Assembly (NCBI GenBank): GCA_963754875.1
Contig: CAVWHO010000021.1
Span: 32,001-96,000 of the forward strand
Length of the DNA stretch: 64,000 bases
Origin: Nitrospirota bacterium
GTDB taxonomy: Bacteria; Nitrospirota; UBA9217
Direction: 5' to 3'
The translations under genes were made by a program, and so were the position numbers. The notes under the pieces are model-generated. The model saw nothing but the letters and a program-made list of their open reading frames with translations, did no database searches and was not told where the DNA came from. Of the stretch, positions 9,392 through 19,404 are shown piece by piece (the stretch's first letter is position 1; each line of letters begins with the position of its first letter).

Positions 9392-10003
9392 ATGCTGAAG
9401 GTAGGATTAACGGGCGGGATCGCAAGCGGCAAGAGCCTCGTCGCGCGAATTTTTAAGGACCTCGGTGCGCATATCATCGACGCCGATCGTATCGTCCATG
9501 ATCTGCTCGAGTTGGACCAAGAGGTCTACAAAGAGGTCCTTGACTTTTTCGGGAAGGACATCATGCGTGCGGACAAAAGCATTGACCGCCGGAAAGTAGG
9601 CGATATTGTCTTCAACGACGCTGAAAAACGGCAATGGCTCAACAACTGTCTGCATCCGCGGGTTTTCTCCGTGTATAACGAACAGGTACGGCTCTTATGC
9701 GACAGGCAACCCGAGTGTATTGTCGTGCTCGATGCCGCACTGTTGATTGAGACTGGGTACCATCGCGGAATGGACCGCGTCATTGTTGTCTACGCAGACC
9801 GGGAGCAGCAGGTGGAGCGGCTTACTGCGCGCGATAAATTGAGCCGTGAACAGGCTCTTGCCAGGATATCGAGTCAGATGCCGCTTAGCGAAAAAAGGGG
9901 CCATGCGGACTTCGTCATCGACAATACAGGTACCCGGGAAAGCACGGAACAGCAGGCCCGGGATATCTTTGACAAACTCAAACAGGACGCAGCACGAGCT
10001 TAG
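9392..10003 (+). CDS. coaE: Dephospho-CoA kinase
   Basis: VGLTGGIASGKS P-loop, IIDADRI, HPRV, RISSQM, ADFVIDN (alternative start 9314). Confidence 0.95.
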   Translation: MLKVGLTGGIASGKSLVARIFKDLGAHIIDADRIVHDLLELDQEVYKEVLDFFGKDIMRADKSIDRRKVGDIVFNDAEKRQWLNNCLHPRVFSVYNEQVRLLCDRQPECIVVLDAALLIETGYHRGMDRVIVVYADREQQVERLTARDKLSREQALARISSQMPLSEKRGHADFVIDNTGTRESTEQQARDIFDKLKQDAARA

Positions 10004-10015
10004 GAGGATGTTCGC

Positions 10016-10471
10016 TTGATTCGGATCGTCCCGATGAAGCGTGCTCATATTCCGGCCTGCCGAAAGATTACGGCCGTCTCGGAACCGTGGAAGTCGCTGA
10101 ACGAGCAGATCGACTTCACCCGTTACATATCCCTGACGCAAGCCTACGTCGGCATTGACGCCGGACGAGTGGCTGGCTTCATTATTTTCACTCCCGAACC
10201 TGTATTCGCGAGGGGCGGCTATCTCCGGGCCATCGGTGTGGCGCCGGATATCCGCAGACAGGGAATCGGGCAAAAATTGATGGCTTTTGCGGAAACAACG
10301 ACTGCGCGCCGTTCGCAGAATTTTTACCTCTGTGTTTCTTCGTTCAACCGGAAAGCGCAGTCATTCTATAAAACCATCGGTTACAGAAAAGTCGGAGTGC
10401 TTCCCGGCTTGATCATGCCCGGTGCAACGGAATTCATTTATTGGAAGAGGCTGAAACATTCATCAAAATAG
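10016..10471 (+). CDS. GNAT family N-acetyltransferase
   Basis: IGVAPDIRRQGIG acetyl-CoA motif, N..AQSFY..GY. Confidence 0.85.
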   Translation: MIRIVPMKRAHIPACRKITAVSEPWKSLNEQIDFTRYISLTQAYVGIDAGRVAGFIIFTPEPVFARGGYLRAIGVAPDIRRQGIGQKLMAFAETTTARRSQNFYLCVSSFNRKAQSFYKTIGYRKVGVLPGLIMPGATEFIYWKRLKHSSK

Positions 10472-10490
10472 AGAGGATGGCAGACAACAC

Positions 10491-11168
10491 GTGATCACGA
10501 AAAACCTGAAAAAAATAGAATTATTCAAGAACCTCTCCGACGACGAACTCAAGGAACTCGATCCCTATCTGATGAAAGAAACAGTCAAAAAAAAGAAAGA
10601 GATTTTTACCGAGGGCGACCAGCCCGAATGGTTTTATATCGTGTCAAAGGGTAAGATTAAAATCACGAAACTCTCGCAGGAGGGAAAGGAAATCATACTC
10701 GAACTCATTTCACCTACGGACATCTTCGGCGGCGTAGCAGTATTGAGCAATTTCCCTTACCCCGCCAATGCCGTTGCCATGGAAGATTCAGAGATCCTGA
10801 AGATCTCGCGAAAGAATCTGATGCGCCTCGTGGACCGTTTCCCGAACCTCATGTACTGCATAGCGCTCCAACTCGGAGACCGGATGAAAAGTTCCTACGA
10901 CTCGTTGAAAAACATCGCTTTGGAGCGCGTCGAGGCCAGGATCGCGGCGCTTCTCCTGAAACTGGCAAACAAGGTCGGCGAAGAGACAAAAGAAGGCCTC
11001 GTGATCGACATGCGTTTGACGAAACAGGACGTGGCCGACATGGTCGGTACGACCGTCGAAACATCGATCAGGACCTTCAGCAAGTTCAAGAAGCAGGGCC
11101 TGTTGTCCGATACGAATGGAAAGATCATCATTAAGGACCGCGATGGATTGATGGCTTTCTCGTCTTAG
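10491..11168 (+). CDS. Crp/Fnr family transcriptional regulator (DNR/HcpR-like, no Fe-S Cys cluster)
   Basis: cNMP-binding fold (IFTEGD..GKIKI..GKEII), HTH LTKQDVADMVGTTVETSIR. Confidence 0.92.
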   Translation: MITKNLKKIELFKNLSDDELKELDPYLMKETVKKKKEIFTEGDQPEWFYIVSKGKIKITKLSQEGKEIILELISPTDIFGGVAVLSNFPYPANAVAMEDSEILKISRKNLMRLVDRFPNLMYCIALQLGDRMKSSYDSLKNIALERVEARIAALLLKLANKVGEETKEGLVIDMRLTKQDVADMVGTTVETSIRTFSKFKKQGLLSDTNGKIIIKDRDGLMAFSS

Positions 11169-11219
11169 TTTGTTCCCGTAGGGAGCAAAGCACATCGAAC
11201 ATGTTGCAAATCCGCGCTC

Positions 11220-11633
11220 TCAGTGCGGCTGTTCTGTTTTCGCGAGCAGCGTCATCAACATATTATAGAAGAAGAGGAAAATCGCCACGGCCTGCGCCGC
11301 TCCCGCTGTGATGGTAATCATCCGGAAGGTGTCGTTTGCGCTGTATACGTTCAGAGTATAGAACACCAGCATCGCCACGAGCGAGATGTTTGCGAGATAG
11401 AACTGCACTTCTACGACTCTATTGCTGTACACCGGCCGCCCCATGAACCGCGGCAGGATGTGATACCCGACGCCGAAAATCATCATGGACACCCAGCCCA
11501 GCATATTGAGATGCGAATGCACGAATTTCATGGCCAGCATGTTCTGATTGCCCAGCATAATAATACCGAGTACGGCCGAGATACCGAGATACACGACGCT
11601 CATAACAATAAACCCTTTTACATACTTGTCCAT
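11220..11633 (-). CDS. Small 4-TM protein resembling a heme-copper oxidase subunit I / NnrS-like segment
   Basis: HSHLNMLGWVSMMIFGVGYHILPRF motif. Confidence 0.7.
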   Translation of the reverse strand: MDKYVKGFIVMSVVYLGISAVLGIIMLGNQNMLAMKFVHSHLNMLGWVSMMIFGVGYHILPRFMGRPVYSNRVVEVQFYLANISLVAMLVFYTLNVYSANDTFRMITITAGAAQAVAIFLFFYNMLMTLLAKTEQPH

Positions 11634-11694
11634 AGTGTATTGCCTCCGATCAATTTTTGCTGATCACACCATAGCGCCTTTATCGCCGGAACGC

Positions 11695-11710
11695 TATGAT
11701 ATGGCTCATA
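11695..11710. promoter_or_regulatory. Crp/Fnr-type palindromic box 1
   Basis: TATGA-TATGGC-TCATA; minus-strand -10 TATGGT at 11673-11668. Confidence 0.7.
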
Positions 11711-11728
11711 ATTTATTATACTTCATAA

Positions 11729-11744
11729 TATGATACAGGTCATA
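11729..11744. promoter_or_regulatory. Crp/Fnr-type palindromic box 2
   Basis: TATGA-TACAGG-TCATA; plus-strand -10 TATAGT at 11766-11771. Confidence 0.7.
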
Positions 11745-11801
11745 ACAGGCAGGAGATCTTTTTGGTATAGTACGTTCAACAAATAACCAAGGAGGCCCCC
11801 C

Positions 11802-12014
11802 ATGATTACAGAAAAAAAGAAGGTAACGAAAGATTCCATTATTGGCGACATCATCAAGATGAGCCCCGGCGCGAAGGCGGTGATCCAGAAACATTTCGGA
11901 GGCGGCTGCTTCACCTGCCCGGGCATCAACATGGAGTCCCTGTCGTTCGGTTCAATGATGCACAACATGGACCCTAATAAAATCGTTGACGAGATCAACG
12001 CTCTGGAGGACTAA
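11802..12014 (+). CDS. DUF1858 / hybrid-cluster-protein-associated redox disulfide domain protein
   Basis: VTKDSIIGDII, GCFTCPG..ESL, AGGAGG RBS. Confidence 0.8.
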   Translation: MITEKKKVTKDSIIGDIIKMSPGAKAVIQKHFGGGCFTCPGINMESLSFGSMMHNMDPNKIVDEINALED

Positions 12015-12016
12015 AT

Positions 12017-12154
12017 ATGGCCGGAAAAGAACTGAAGTGTTTCGTATGTGGTTCTGATGACAAGACCAGGGTGTATCTCCCCTGTTACCATGAAGGCAAG
12101 GAAAAAGTGGTCTGCACCCGCTGCCTTCCCATGCTGATCCACGGGGCGCACTAG
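12017..12154 (+). CDS. 45-aa Cys-rich (zinc-ribbon-like) protein, below ORF-track cutoff
   Basis: GGAGGA RBS; MAGKELKCFVCGSDDKTRVYLPCYHEGKEKVVCTRCLPMLIHGAH, two CxxC pairs. Confidence 0.75.
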   Translation: MAGKELKCFVCGSDDKTRVYLPCYHEGKEKVVCTRCLPMLIHGAH

Positions 12155-12225
12155 CGCCCCGCTTTCCTCCTATTTGGCTTCAGAATGCTGTGGAATTTTC
12201 GTCCCGACACTGGTAAACTGTTGCG

Positions 12226-12915
12226 ATGAAAAATGATCTTGCAATCGTCCTCGTGAGCGGCGGCATGGACAGCTGCGTGTGCGCGGCCATCGCACACAGC
12301 GAGTACCGGATCGCCTTCCTGCACGTGAATTACGGCCAGCGGACCGAGGCGCGGGAGCTTCGTGCGTTCAATGAAATTGCCGATTACTATAACGTAAAAG
12401 AACGCCTTTCCGTCAGCCTGGAACATCTCAGGATAATCGGCGGTTCGGCCCTCACCGATGCAACAATTCCGGTGCCTGACGCAGGGTCTTCGCAATCCGC
12501 ACTCCCCACTTCTCATTCAACAATTCCGATAACCTACGTTCCCTTCCGTAACGCTCACCTGCTTTCCATAGCCACGTCCTGGGCAGAGGTCATCGGAGCG
12601 AAAAAGATTTTTATCGGCGCTGTCGAGGAGGACAGTTCCGGCTATCCTGACTGCAGGGAAACATTCTATCAGGCATTCAACAAAGTCATCGAGATTGGCA
12701 CGAAGCCGGAAACACGCGTCGAGATAGTTACCCCGCTGATCCATATGAAAAAATCGGAGATCGTGAAGAAAGGCGCTGAACTCGCCGCGCCGCTCCATCT
12801 TACCTGGAGCTGCTACCAGAACAGTGAAAAAGCCTGCGGCAGGTGTGAGAGCTGCGCGCTGAGGCTGAAGGGGTTCAGAGAAGCCGGGGTGAAAGATCCT
12901 ATCCCCTATGAATAG
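12226..12915 (+). CDS. queC: 7-cyano-7-deazaguanine synthase
   Basis: SGGMDS, YGQR, YVPFRN, YPDCR, TWSCY..CGRCESC. Confidence 0.96.
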   Translation: MKNDLAIVLVSGGMDSCVCAAIAHSEYRIAFLHVNYGQRTEARELRAFNEIADYYNVKERLSVSLEHLRIIGGSALTDATIPVPDAGSSQSALPTSHSTIPITYVPFRNAHLLSIATSWAEVIGAKKIFIGAVEEDSSGYPDCRETFYQAFNKVIEIGTKPETRVEIVTPLIHMKKSEIVKKGAELAAPLHLTWSCYQNSEKACGRCESCALRLKGFREAGVKDPIPYE

Positions 12916-12968
12916 AAAATGATGGCTGCTCACAACGAATTTCCGTCACAGCAGCCTGATAAACGCCG

Positions 12969-13625
12969 ATGATCCTTTCAGAATTCATCAAGTCCTGGCC
13001 AATTCTTAAAAAACAGGTTAAAACCTTTAAACTCCCCTGGCTCGAAGGCTTTGTGGCACTTGATCGCGATCCCTTCAAGGTCCTCATTTCCTGCATTCTC
13101 AGCCTCAGGACCCAGGACAAGACAACAGGGGCCGCCTCGGAACGGCTCTTTAACCTGGCATCGACCCCCGAGGCATTGTTGCGCCTTTCCGCCAAAACCA
13201 TTGAAAAAGCAATTTATCCCGTGGGATTTTACCGGGTCAAAGCGCGAACCATTAAGGACATCGTCAGAGAGCTGACGGAAAAAAATCAATCGCAGGTTCC
13301 TGATACGCTCGAAGGTTTATTGACCTTAAAAGGAGTAGGGAGAAAAACGGCCAATCTCGTATTGACCCGCGGATTCGATAAATACGGCATTTGCGTGGAC
13401 ACTCACGTTCACCGGATCACAAACCGGTGGGGCCTGGTCGAGACGAAAAAACCTGATGAGACGGAACTCGTTTTACGCGAGATACTGCCCAGAAGATACT
13501 GGAAAGACCTTAACGCTGTCCTCGTTGCCTTTGGTCAACATATCTGTCAGCCTCTCTCGCCCTTCTGCTCCAAGTGCAAAATAAGGACGTATTGCAAGAG
13601 GTGCGACGTCAGGAAACACCGCTAG
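12969..13625 (+). CDS. nth: Endonuclease III
   Basis: HhH LKGVGRKTAN, VDTHVHR, C-terminal CQPLSPFCSKC..C cluster. Confidence 0.92.
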   Translation: MILSEFIKSWPILKKQVKTFKLPWLEGFVALDRDPFKVLISCILSLRTQDKTTGAASERLFNLASTPEALLRLSAKTIEKAIYPVGFYRVKARTIKDIVRELTEKNQSQVPDTLEGLLTLKGVGRKTANLVLTRGFDKYGICVDTHVHRITNRWGLVETKKPDETELVLREILPRRYWKDLNAVLVAFGQHICQPLSPFCSKCKIRTYCKRCDVRKHR

Positions 13626-13667
13626 CAGAAAATGGATGAAGGCGAGACACGCCGACTGGCTGGCATA

Positions 13668-14495
13668 TTACCGGGAAAAAGATTTATCGAGCATGGAGGT
13701 ATGTTTTTGCATTATTTTTTCAAGCATACGAACGATTCCCGTGCCCGTAGCATAGATGGATTCAATTAAGAGGTTTTTTTCAGCCGTATCATCAAAGAAA
13801 AGGTGAAGTTTCGATTCCATATCATCTTCCGGCTTCCAATAGCAGATCATCATCGGCAGTTTCGGGAGCGGATATAAGATCACCGATATATCCGAAGCGA
13901 ATGCGCCCCCGGATGGCATACCACTGAAGATGCGGACCAGATCTTCAAAGAGGTCCCCATGGGTATCGGCGATGAGTTTCAGCGGCTGTTCACATTTTCG
14001 CTCAAAAAGAGGATTCCACGTCTTTCCGTTTTCCAGTTCCCTGAACGGAACCCATCGACCGGAAGTACCTTCCCCTTTGCTGAAGAGAATATAATGAAGC
14101 AGCGGTATCGTGAACCACGGATGGGTATGGCAGTGCGATACGACATTGCCCTTAACATCGATCTCGAAATCCCTTCCGAGACACTTTAGCAGCAAAGACC
14201 CTCCGTCAAACCTTGCCCCTATTCTTTCCGCTCTTGAAGCAAGATCGATATTTACGATCTTCTCTTTGAGGTCTTTCAGTGCATCTTCTTGAATGGTTTC
14301 CAGGTTAACTTGCCTATGAATTTTTCCGACAAATTGAGAAAGGGTGTTCTTGTCAAGGTGCAGGCAATCGGAGATACTTTTTTCTTCTTTCAGTACCGCT
14401 GCAGCAAAAGCCAAACAGGTTGAAACCTGGCACTGGCCGCAATTGGATTTCGGCAATAGTTTAAAAATTTCAAGTGGCGTCGTAAATTTGGTCAT
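13668..14495 (-). CDS. Fe-S-binding domain plus DUF3786 protein
   Basis: LPKSNCGQCQVSTCLAFA N-terminus; WVPFREL, PLPKLPM..W..EDD. Confidence 0.8.
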   Translation of the reverse strand: MTKFTTPLEIFKLLPKSNCGQCQVSTCLAFAAAVLKEEKSISDCLHLDKNTLSQFVGKIHRQVNLETIQEDALKDLKEKIVNIDLASRAERIGARFDGGSLLLKCLGRDFEIDVKGNVVSHCHTHPWFTIPLLHYILFSKGEGTSGRWVPFRELENGKTWNPLFERKCEQPLKLIADTHGDLFEDLVRIFSGMPSGGAFASDISVILYPLPKLPMMICYWKPEDDMESKLHLFFDDTAEKNLLIESIYATGTGIVRMLEKIMQKHTSMLDKSFSR

Positions 14496-14637
14496 CGGGT
14501 GCTATTCTTTAAAATCCTAGGATTGACAGGTTACGAATTCACTCGCCTATTGTACGACGTCAAGTTGCTCCGATCAAGAGTAAATAGGCACTTCTTGCAG
14601 GAATGAGTACTCTAGGAGAGGTGAGCAGTGCGGCGGA

Positions 14638-15858
14638 CTACAGAAAGGACGTCACGAGAAGCGCAAGAGTCAATACGATCATGACCACGACCGTAGACCA
14701 GGCAATGATATCAAAGGTCCGCGAGTTGGTAAATTCTCCCATGATGTCCTTGTTGTTGATCAACACAAGCATAAAAATCAGCACAAAAGGCAGCATAACG
14801 CCATTCACAACCTGGGAGACGAGCATAATTGTAATGAGCGGCGCATTCGGTATGAGAATAATGAGCGCGCCGATGACGATGATGGCGGTGTAGAGCCACA
14901 TGAACTGAGGCGCTGTTTTAAAGTTTTTGTCAACGCCGGACTCCCACCCCATGCCCTCGCACACGTAATAGGCTGTGGCCAGGGGAAGAATGGACGCAGA
15001 GAACAGGGAAGCGTTTGCCAGCCCGATCGCAAAAAGCACGGAGGCGTGCGATCCTGCAAGCGGCGCGAGTGCGACAGCCGCATCTTTGGCATCAGTGATC
15101 TTTACGCCGTTCACAAAAAGTGTTGCGGCGCAAGCCACGATGATGAAGAACGCCACCACGTCCGTCATGATACACCCGACGATCACGTCCATGCGCGAGG
15201 CCCGGTAATTATCGATCTTTACGTTCTTCTCCACAACCGCTGATTGCAGATAAAACTGCATCCAGGGAGCGATGGTGGTCCCTACAATGCCGATCAGCAT
15301 CGTGAGATAGGACGGTTTGAAATTGAAGGACGGTTTAACCGTATCGAGCAGGATCCTGCCCCACGGCGGATGAACGAAAAAAGCCGAAAAAGCATAAGTC
15401 AGATAAACTGTACAGGCGATAAGGAATATTTTCTCAACGGCCCGGTAGGTCCCTTTTACCACGAGCAGCCAGACCGCGAAGGCCCCGATCGGCACAGATA
15501 TATACTTGCTCACCCCAAAAATCTCCATCGCCGAGGCCCATCCTGCGAATTCGGCCACCGTGTTGCCCATATCCGCGAGCAGCAGGCTCAGCATGAGAAA
15601 GAAGGTCATTTGCACGCCGAAATTCTCCCGGATCAGGTCAGCAAGCGTCTTGCCGGTCACCACGCCCATCCGCGCGACCATTTCCTGGACCACGATCAGC
15701 GCAATCGTTATAGGGATCAGCGTCCAGAGGAGCGAATAGCCGAAATGGGCCCCGGCCACCGAGTAGGTGGCAATGCCGCCTGCATCATTATCCACATTCG
15801 CGGTAATGATGCCCGGCCCGAGAACGGAGAGAAATACAAGTATTTTCCTTTTATTCAT
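14638..15858 (-). CDS. Nramp-family divalent metal transporter (Nramp-related Mg transporter type)
   Basis: GPGIITANVDNDAGG and GTTIAPWMQFY motifs, many TMs. Confidence 0.9.
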   Translation of the reverse strand: MNKRKILVFLSVLGPGIITANVDNDAGGIATYSVAGAHFGYSLLWTLIPITIALIVVQEMVARMGVVTGKTLADLIRENFGVQMTFFLMLSLLLADMGNTVAEFAGWASAMEIFGVSKYISVPIGAFAVWLLVVKGTYRAVEKIFLIACTVYLTYAFSAFFVHPPWGRILLDTVKPSFNFKPSYLTMLIGIVGTTIAPWMQFYLQSAVVEKNVKIDNYRASRMDVIVGCIMTDVVAFFIIVACAATLFVNGVKITDAKDAAVALAPLAGSHASVLFAIGLANASLFSASILPLATAYYVCEGMGWESGVDKNFKTAPQFMWLYTAIIVIGALIILIPNAPLITIMLVSQVVNGVMLPFVLIFMLVLINNKDIMGEFTNSRTFDIIAWSTVVVMIVLTLALLVTSFL

Positions 15859-16010
15859 GCTGAATCTGACCTTTTCCAGACTGCCCTGACAAGGGAAAGT
15901 AATGAGTACGACCCGCAGTTCTGCTTTCTGTTCTCTCTCCCCGGCAAAGGGCGTAATGCGATACTATGCTTTCCCGGAGCTGAAGATGACGGAAAACAGG
16001 AAATAAACTT

Positions 16011-17276
16011 TTACCGTTTTCTCCGTTTTTTTCTGGATGCCGTCGGCAGGAGGAAGTCAAGCACGTCGTCAACCGTTACGATGCCTCGAAGCACGTTGTC
16101 CTCATCCACTACCGGCGCGGCAAGCAGGTTGTACTTTGAGATAAACTCAGCCACGTCCTTTTGTCCCGCCTCGAGGGAAAGGGCCTTCACCGGAGTTATC
16201 ATGATATCGCTGAGAAGCGTTTCCGGCATGGCCAGAATAAGATTTTTAAGCGATATGACGCCGACGATCCTCTCATTGCTGTCGAGGATGTAGAGGTAAT
16301 AAATGGTCTCGACATCCGGAGCTTCGAGCCGCAATTCCTTGATCGCCTCTTCCACGGTCATGTCCGGAGGAAAGGCGAGATATTCAGTGGTCATGAGACC
16401 GCCGGCTGTGTCTTCCTCATGTTCCAGAAGTTCCTGGACGTCCTCTGCCTCTTCCCTGTCCATGAGGTTGATCAGTTCCTGCGCTTTTGCTTCGGGAAGG
16501 TCGCCCAAAACGTCAGCAGCCTCGTCAGGAGGCATCCGCTCGAGGATGTCCGACGCCCGCTCTTTGGACATGTCGTCGATAATATCGACCTGGACGTGCG
16601 GTTCAAGTTCGTGGAGGGCCTCGGCGGCGGTGTCTACGTCCAGTGTGCCGAAAATCGCCGTCCTCTCCCGCTGGGAAACGTCGCTCATGATCTCAGCCAA
16701 ATCAGCGGGATGGAGGTTGGCAACCTTCTGGCGGGATACCGTAAGTGTTAGGCGTGAAAGTTTCGGTTCGATGGTTTGCAGATAGTGCCAGCCGATCAAC
16801 CGGTGTTGGAGTCTAGAGTGCACCAGGCTGAAAAGCTTTTCTCCGCGCGCTTCCACTCCGAGCCTGCGCAGGATCCCGCGCAGCCCGATGTCCGCGGCAA
16901 CCAAGCACAGTGCTCCCTTTACATCGGCAAGTTCGAGATCGTTGACCCGGACGAGCTTGGCGCCGTTGATGTCCACGATCTGTTTGTCGAGCAGATCGCG
17001 GTATACGAGGATGTCGGTCGGCGCCACAGAAGCGGGTCCGAGGTTTTTCGCGAGCACATTGACCGAGATGACCCGTTTATTAAAGAGATTGACTGATGCC
17101 CATGGAAGCAGGAAGGTATCTTTCCTCGAAGCGATGACCAGCGCGCTCACCGCGGGAAAGGGTTCCCCCCTGATGACGATGATGTCCTTGAGTTTGCCGA
17201 TTTCCTCGCCCGTTTGGTCAAGCACCGGTTTTTGAGATACCTCGCTGGCAAATATTTCTCCGGCAAAAAAGGGCAT
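16011..17276 (-). CDS. PRC-barrel / MgtE N-terminal / CBS domain protein without membrane domain
   Basis: DLLDKQIVDING..RVND, LHPADLA, EDTAGGLMTTEY, GIVTVDD. Confidence 0.88.
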   Translation of the reverse strand: MPFFAGEIFASEVSQKPVLDQTGEEIGKLKDIIVIRGEPFPAVSALVIASRKDTFLLPWASVNLFNKRVISVNVLAKNLGPASVAPTDILVYRDLLDKQIVDINGAKLVRVNDLELADVKGALCLVAADIGLRGILRRLGVEARGEKLFSLVHSRLQHRLIGWHYLQTIEPKLSRLTLTVSRQKVANLHPADLAEIMSDVSQRERTAIFGTLDVDTAAEALHELEPHVQVDIIDDMSKERASDILERMPPDEAADVLGDLPEAKAQELINLMDREEAEDVQELLEHEEDTAGGLMTTEYLAFPPDMTVEEAIKELRLEAPDVETIYYLYILDSNERIVGVISLKNLILAMPETLLSDIMITPVKALSLEAGQKDVAEFISKYNLLAAPVVDEDNVLRGIVTVDDVLDFLLPTASRKKRRKR

Positions 17277-17570
17277 GACGACTCCACGGCGCGGGATAGC
17301 TGAGATGGTTTAGGTTATACCAGCGGCCATGAGTGAAGTCAAGAAAAAACAGGCCGCGCGCGCGCAAAGTATGCTACAATAGGTATTAGGACGACCCGAA
17401 AGAGCGGAGCGGAAACGTAAAATAACGATGGGCGTCTCGGCTGCAGGAAAATGCCGCCTCGAAATAAATTTTGCTGGTCACTGCCCTTATTTTCTGCTAT
17501 AGTCTTTCGAAAATTGTCGAACAACCTGTCACTTAAAAACACGGAACGCCGTGAAAGGAGAACGCCTTGT

Positions 17571-18173
17571 ATGGCAGAACAGACTGTCAAAGACCTGAAG
17601 AAAGAAATCTATCTGGTAATGCATAAAGCTCAGTCCATGCTTGAACTTACGGAAGAGGGTTTCATGAAAAGCAAGATGTCTTCTCTGGACCAGGCGGATG
17701 AAGTTGCCAGGGAAATCCACGCAAAAGAGGACTCGCTCACCGCTGCCCTCGCCAAACTGGCTGCCACGAACAGTGAAGCGCGGTCGATGCTGTCTGTCCC
17801 TGCTTCGATCGAAAAAATAGCGACCTACATCCATAGAATCGGTGAAAACAGCCGCGAACGTATTAAGGACGGACTCTTGTTCAGCGACAAGGCGATTATC
17901 GAGAGCGGCAAGCTGTTTACCAAAACCAAGGATATCCTGAAAAAAGCCGGAGAAGCGGCCGTAACCAACGCTGCTGCCACTATTGATACGGTGATAGCCG
18001 AAACGGATTCCCTTGAACGCATGGCCAATGACTTTGCTACCGCCCATGAAGAAAGGCTCGTGACCGGCGAGTGTTCGCCCAAATCTTCATCGAACTATCT
18101 GTGCATCCTTTATGCCTTCGACGATATGGGGGAGCACATCAAGAACAGTGTAAAGAAACTTTCCGGGAAGTAA
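17571..18173 (+). CDS. PhoU-domain-like helical protein
   Basis: GLLFSDKA, HEERLVTGECSPKSSSNYL resemble PhoU-like domains of Na/Pi cotransporters; AAGGAG RBS. Confidence 0.65.
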   Translation: MAEQTVKDLKKEIYLVMHKAQSMLELTEEGFMKSKMSSLDQADEVAREIHAKEDSLTAALAKLAATNSEARSMLSVPASIEKIATYIHRIGENSRERIKDGLLFSDKAIIESGKLFTKTKDILKKAGEAAVTNAAATIDTVIAETDSLERMANDFATAHEERLVTGECSPKSSSNYLCILYAFDDMGEHIKNSVKKLSGK

Positions 18174-18280
18174 TCTGCGGCTCACCTGCCACGGGCAGGC
18201 ACATAACCTGCCCTTTCCCGTGCACATCGGCATGAGCAGTATACTGGTCTCAATGTCGTGCCACGCGATAGCGGTCGTTT

Positions 18281-19063
18281 ATGCCTCAATCATGGAAACC
18301 AATAATCGGCCTGGCCCTGTCAGGCGGTGCGGCACGCGGCCTTGCTCATATTGCAGTTCTGAAGACCCTGGAAGAAGAAGGCGTCCCCATTCATGCCATT
18401 GCAGGTACCAGCGCCGGCAGCGTTGTCGGCGCCCTGTACTGCGCCGGCGTACCCCTTTCCCAAATCGAGCGCCTCCTCGTCCATGCCAAGTGGACCGACA
18501 TCCTCAAGTTTACGATACCGAAACAGGGGTTTATCTCCAGCGAGGGAATTTACCGCTTTCTGGAGGACATCCTGCCGATAAAGAAATTTTCCGCTCTTCC
18601 CCTTCCCCTCGCAGTCGTGGCCACAGACCTCAAAACCGCCGAGAAAGTTGTGATAACGACCGGCTCCATTGCCCGGGCCGTTCAGGCCAGCTGCAGTGTT
18701 CCCGTTCTCTTCACCCCTACGGAGCTGAGTAAGAAAATGCTGGTTGACGGCGGCGTTTCCAGCCAGATACCGGTCCGGGCAGTCCGGGAAGAACTGGGAG
18801 CCAGGCACGTCATAGCCGTAAATGTAAATTACAAGGCAATGGAATCGGACCATTACGACAACATGATCAATATCGCCACCCACTTATCGGCGCTTTGGGC
18901 ATCAAAGAATGCCCGGGAAGAGGAAAAACTTGCCGATGTTGCTATTGATGTGAATGCAAAAGGAATCGCAATTTATGACCTTTCCAAGGCAAAGGAGCTT
19001 CTCCGTCGAGGCAAAAAGGCCACCATTGAGAAATTGTCGCAGATCAGGGCACTTCTAGACTGA
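18281..19063 (+). CDS. Patatin-like phospholipase (RssA/NTE family)
   Basis: LSGGAARG, GTSAG, DGG motifs. Confidence 0.93.
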   Translation: MPQSWKPIIGLALSGGAARGLAHIAVLKTLEEEGVPIHAIAGTSAGSVVGALYCAGVPLSQIERLLVHAKWTDILKFTIPKQGFISSEGIYRFLEDILPIKKFSALPLPLAVVATDLKTAEKVVITTGSIARAVQASCSVPVLFTPTELSKKMLVDGGVSSQIPVRAVREELGARHVIAVNVNYKAMESDHYDNMINIATHLSALWASKNAREEEKLADVAIDVNAKGIAIYDLSKAKELLRRGKKATIEKLSQIRALLD

Positions 19064-19404
19064 TCAGATACTTATGGATGATAACCAGATTTTTTTACTG
19101 AAATCGACTTTGTTGAACGTTGATCATGACAAGTATCCTGGCGCTATATTTTTGCTTCATGACGAAAATATACCTTGAACCAGATTAGCCTCTTCAATCA
19201 CAAGATCTACTCCGCGGTAGTTTCGGCCTGTCGAAATTGCAAAGTTCGCTCGATTTTGTGACTTTACAATATTCCCTGATTACACCAGATGTTTTATCTG
19301 ATGCTATACTTTTAATAGTTGTGCAGGTACGACTTTGCAGAAAATAAATTTAACAAAATAAGGGACCCCATTCCTTCCGGGAGAATTTTACGGGAGAGTT
19401 TACG

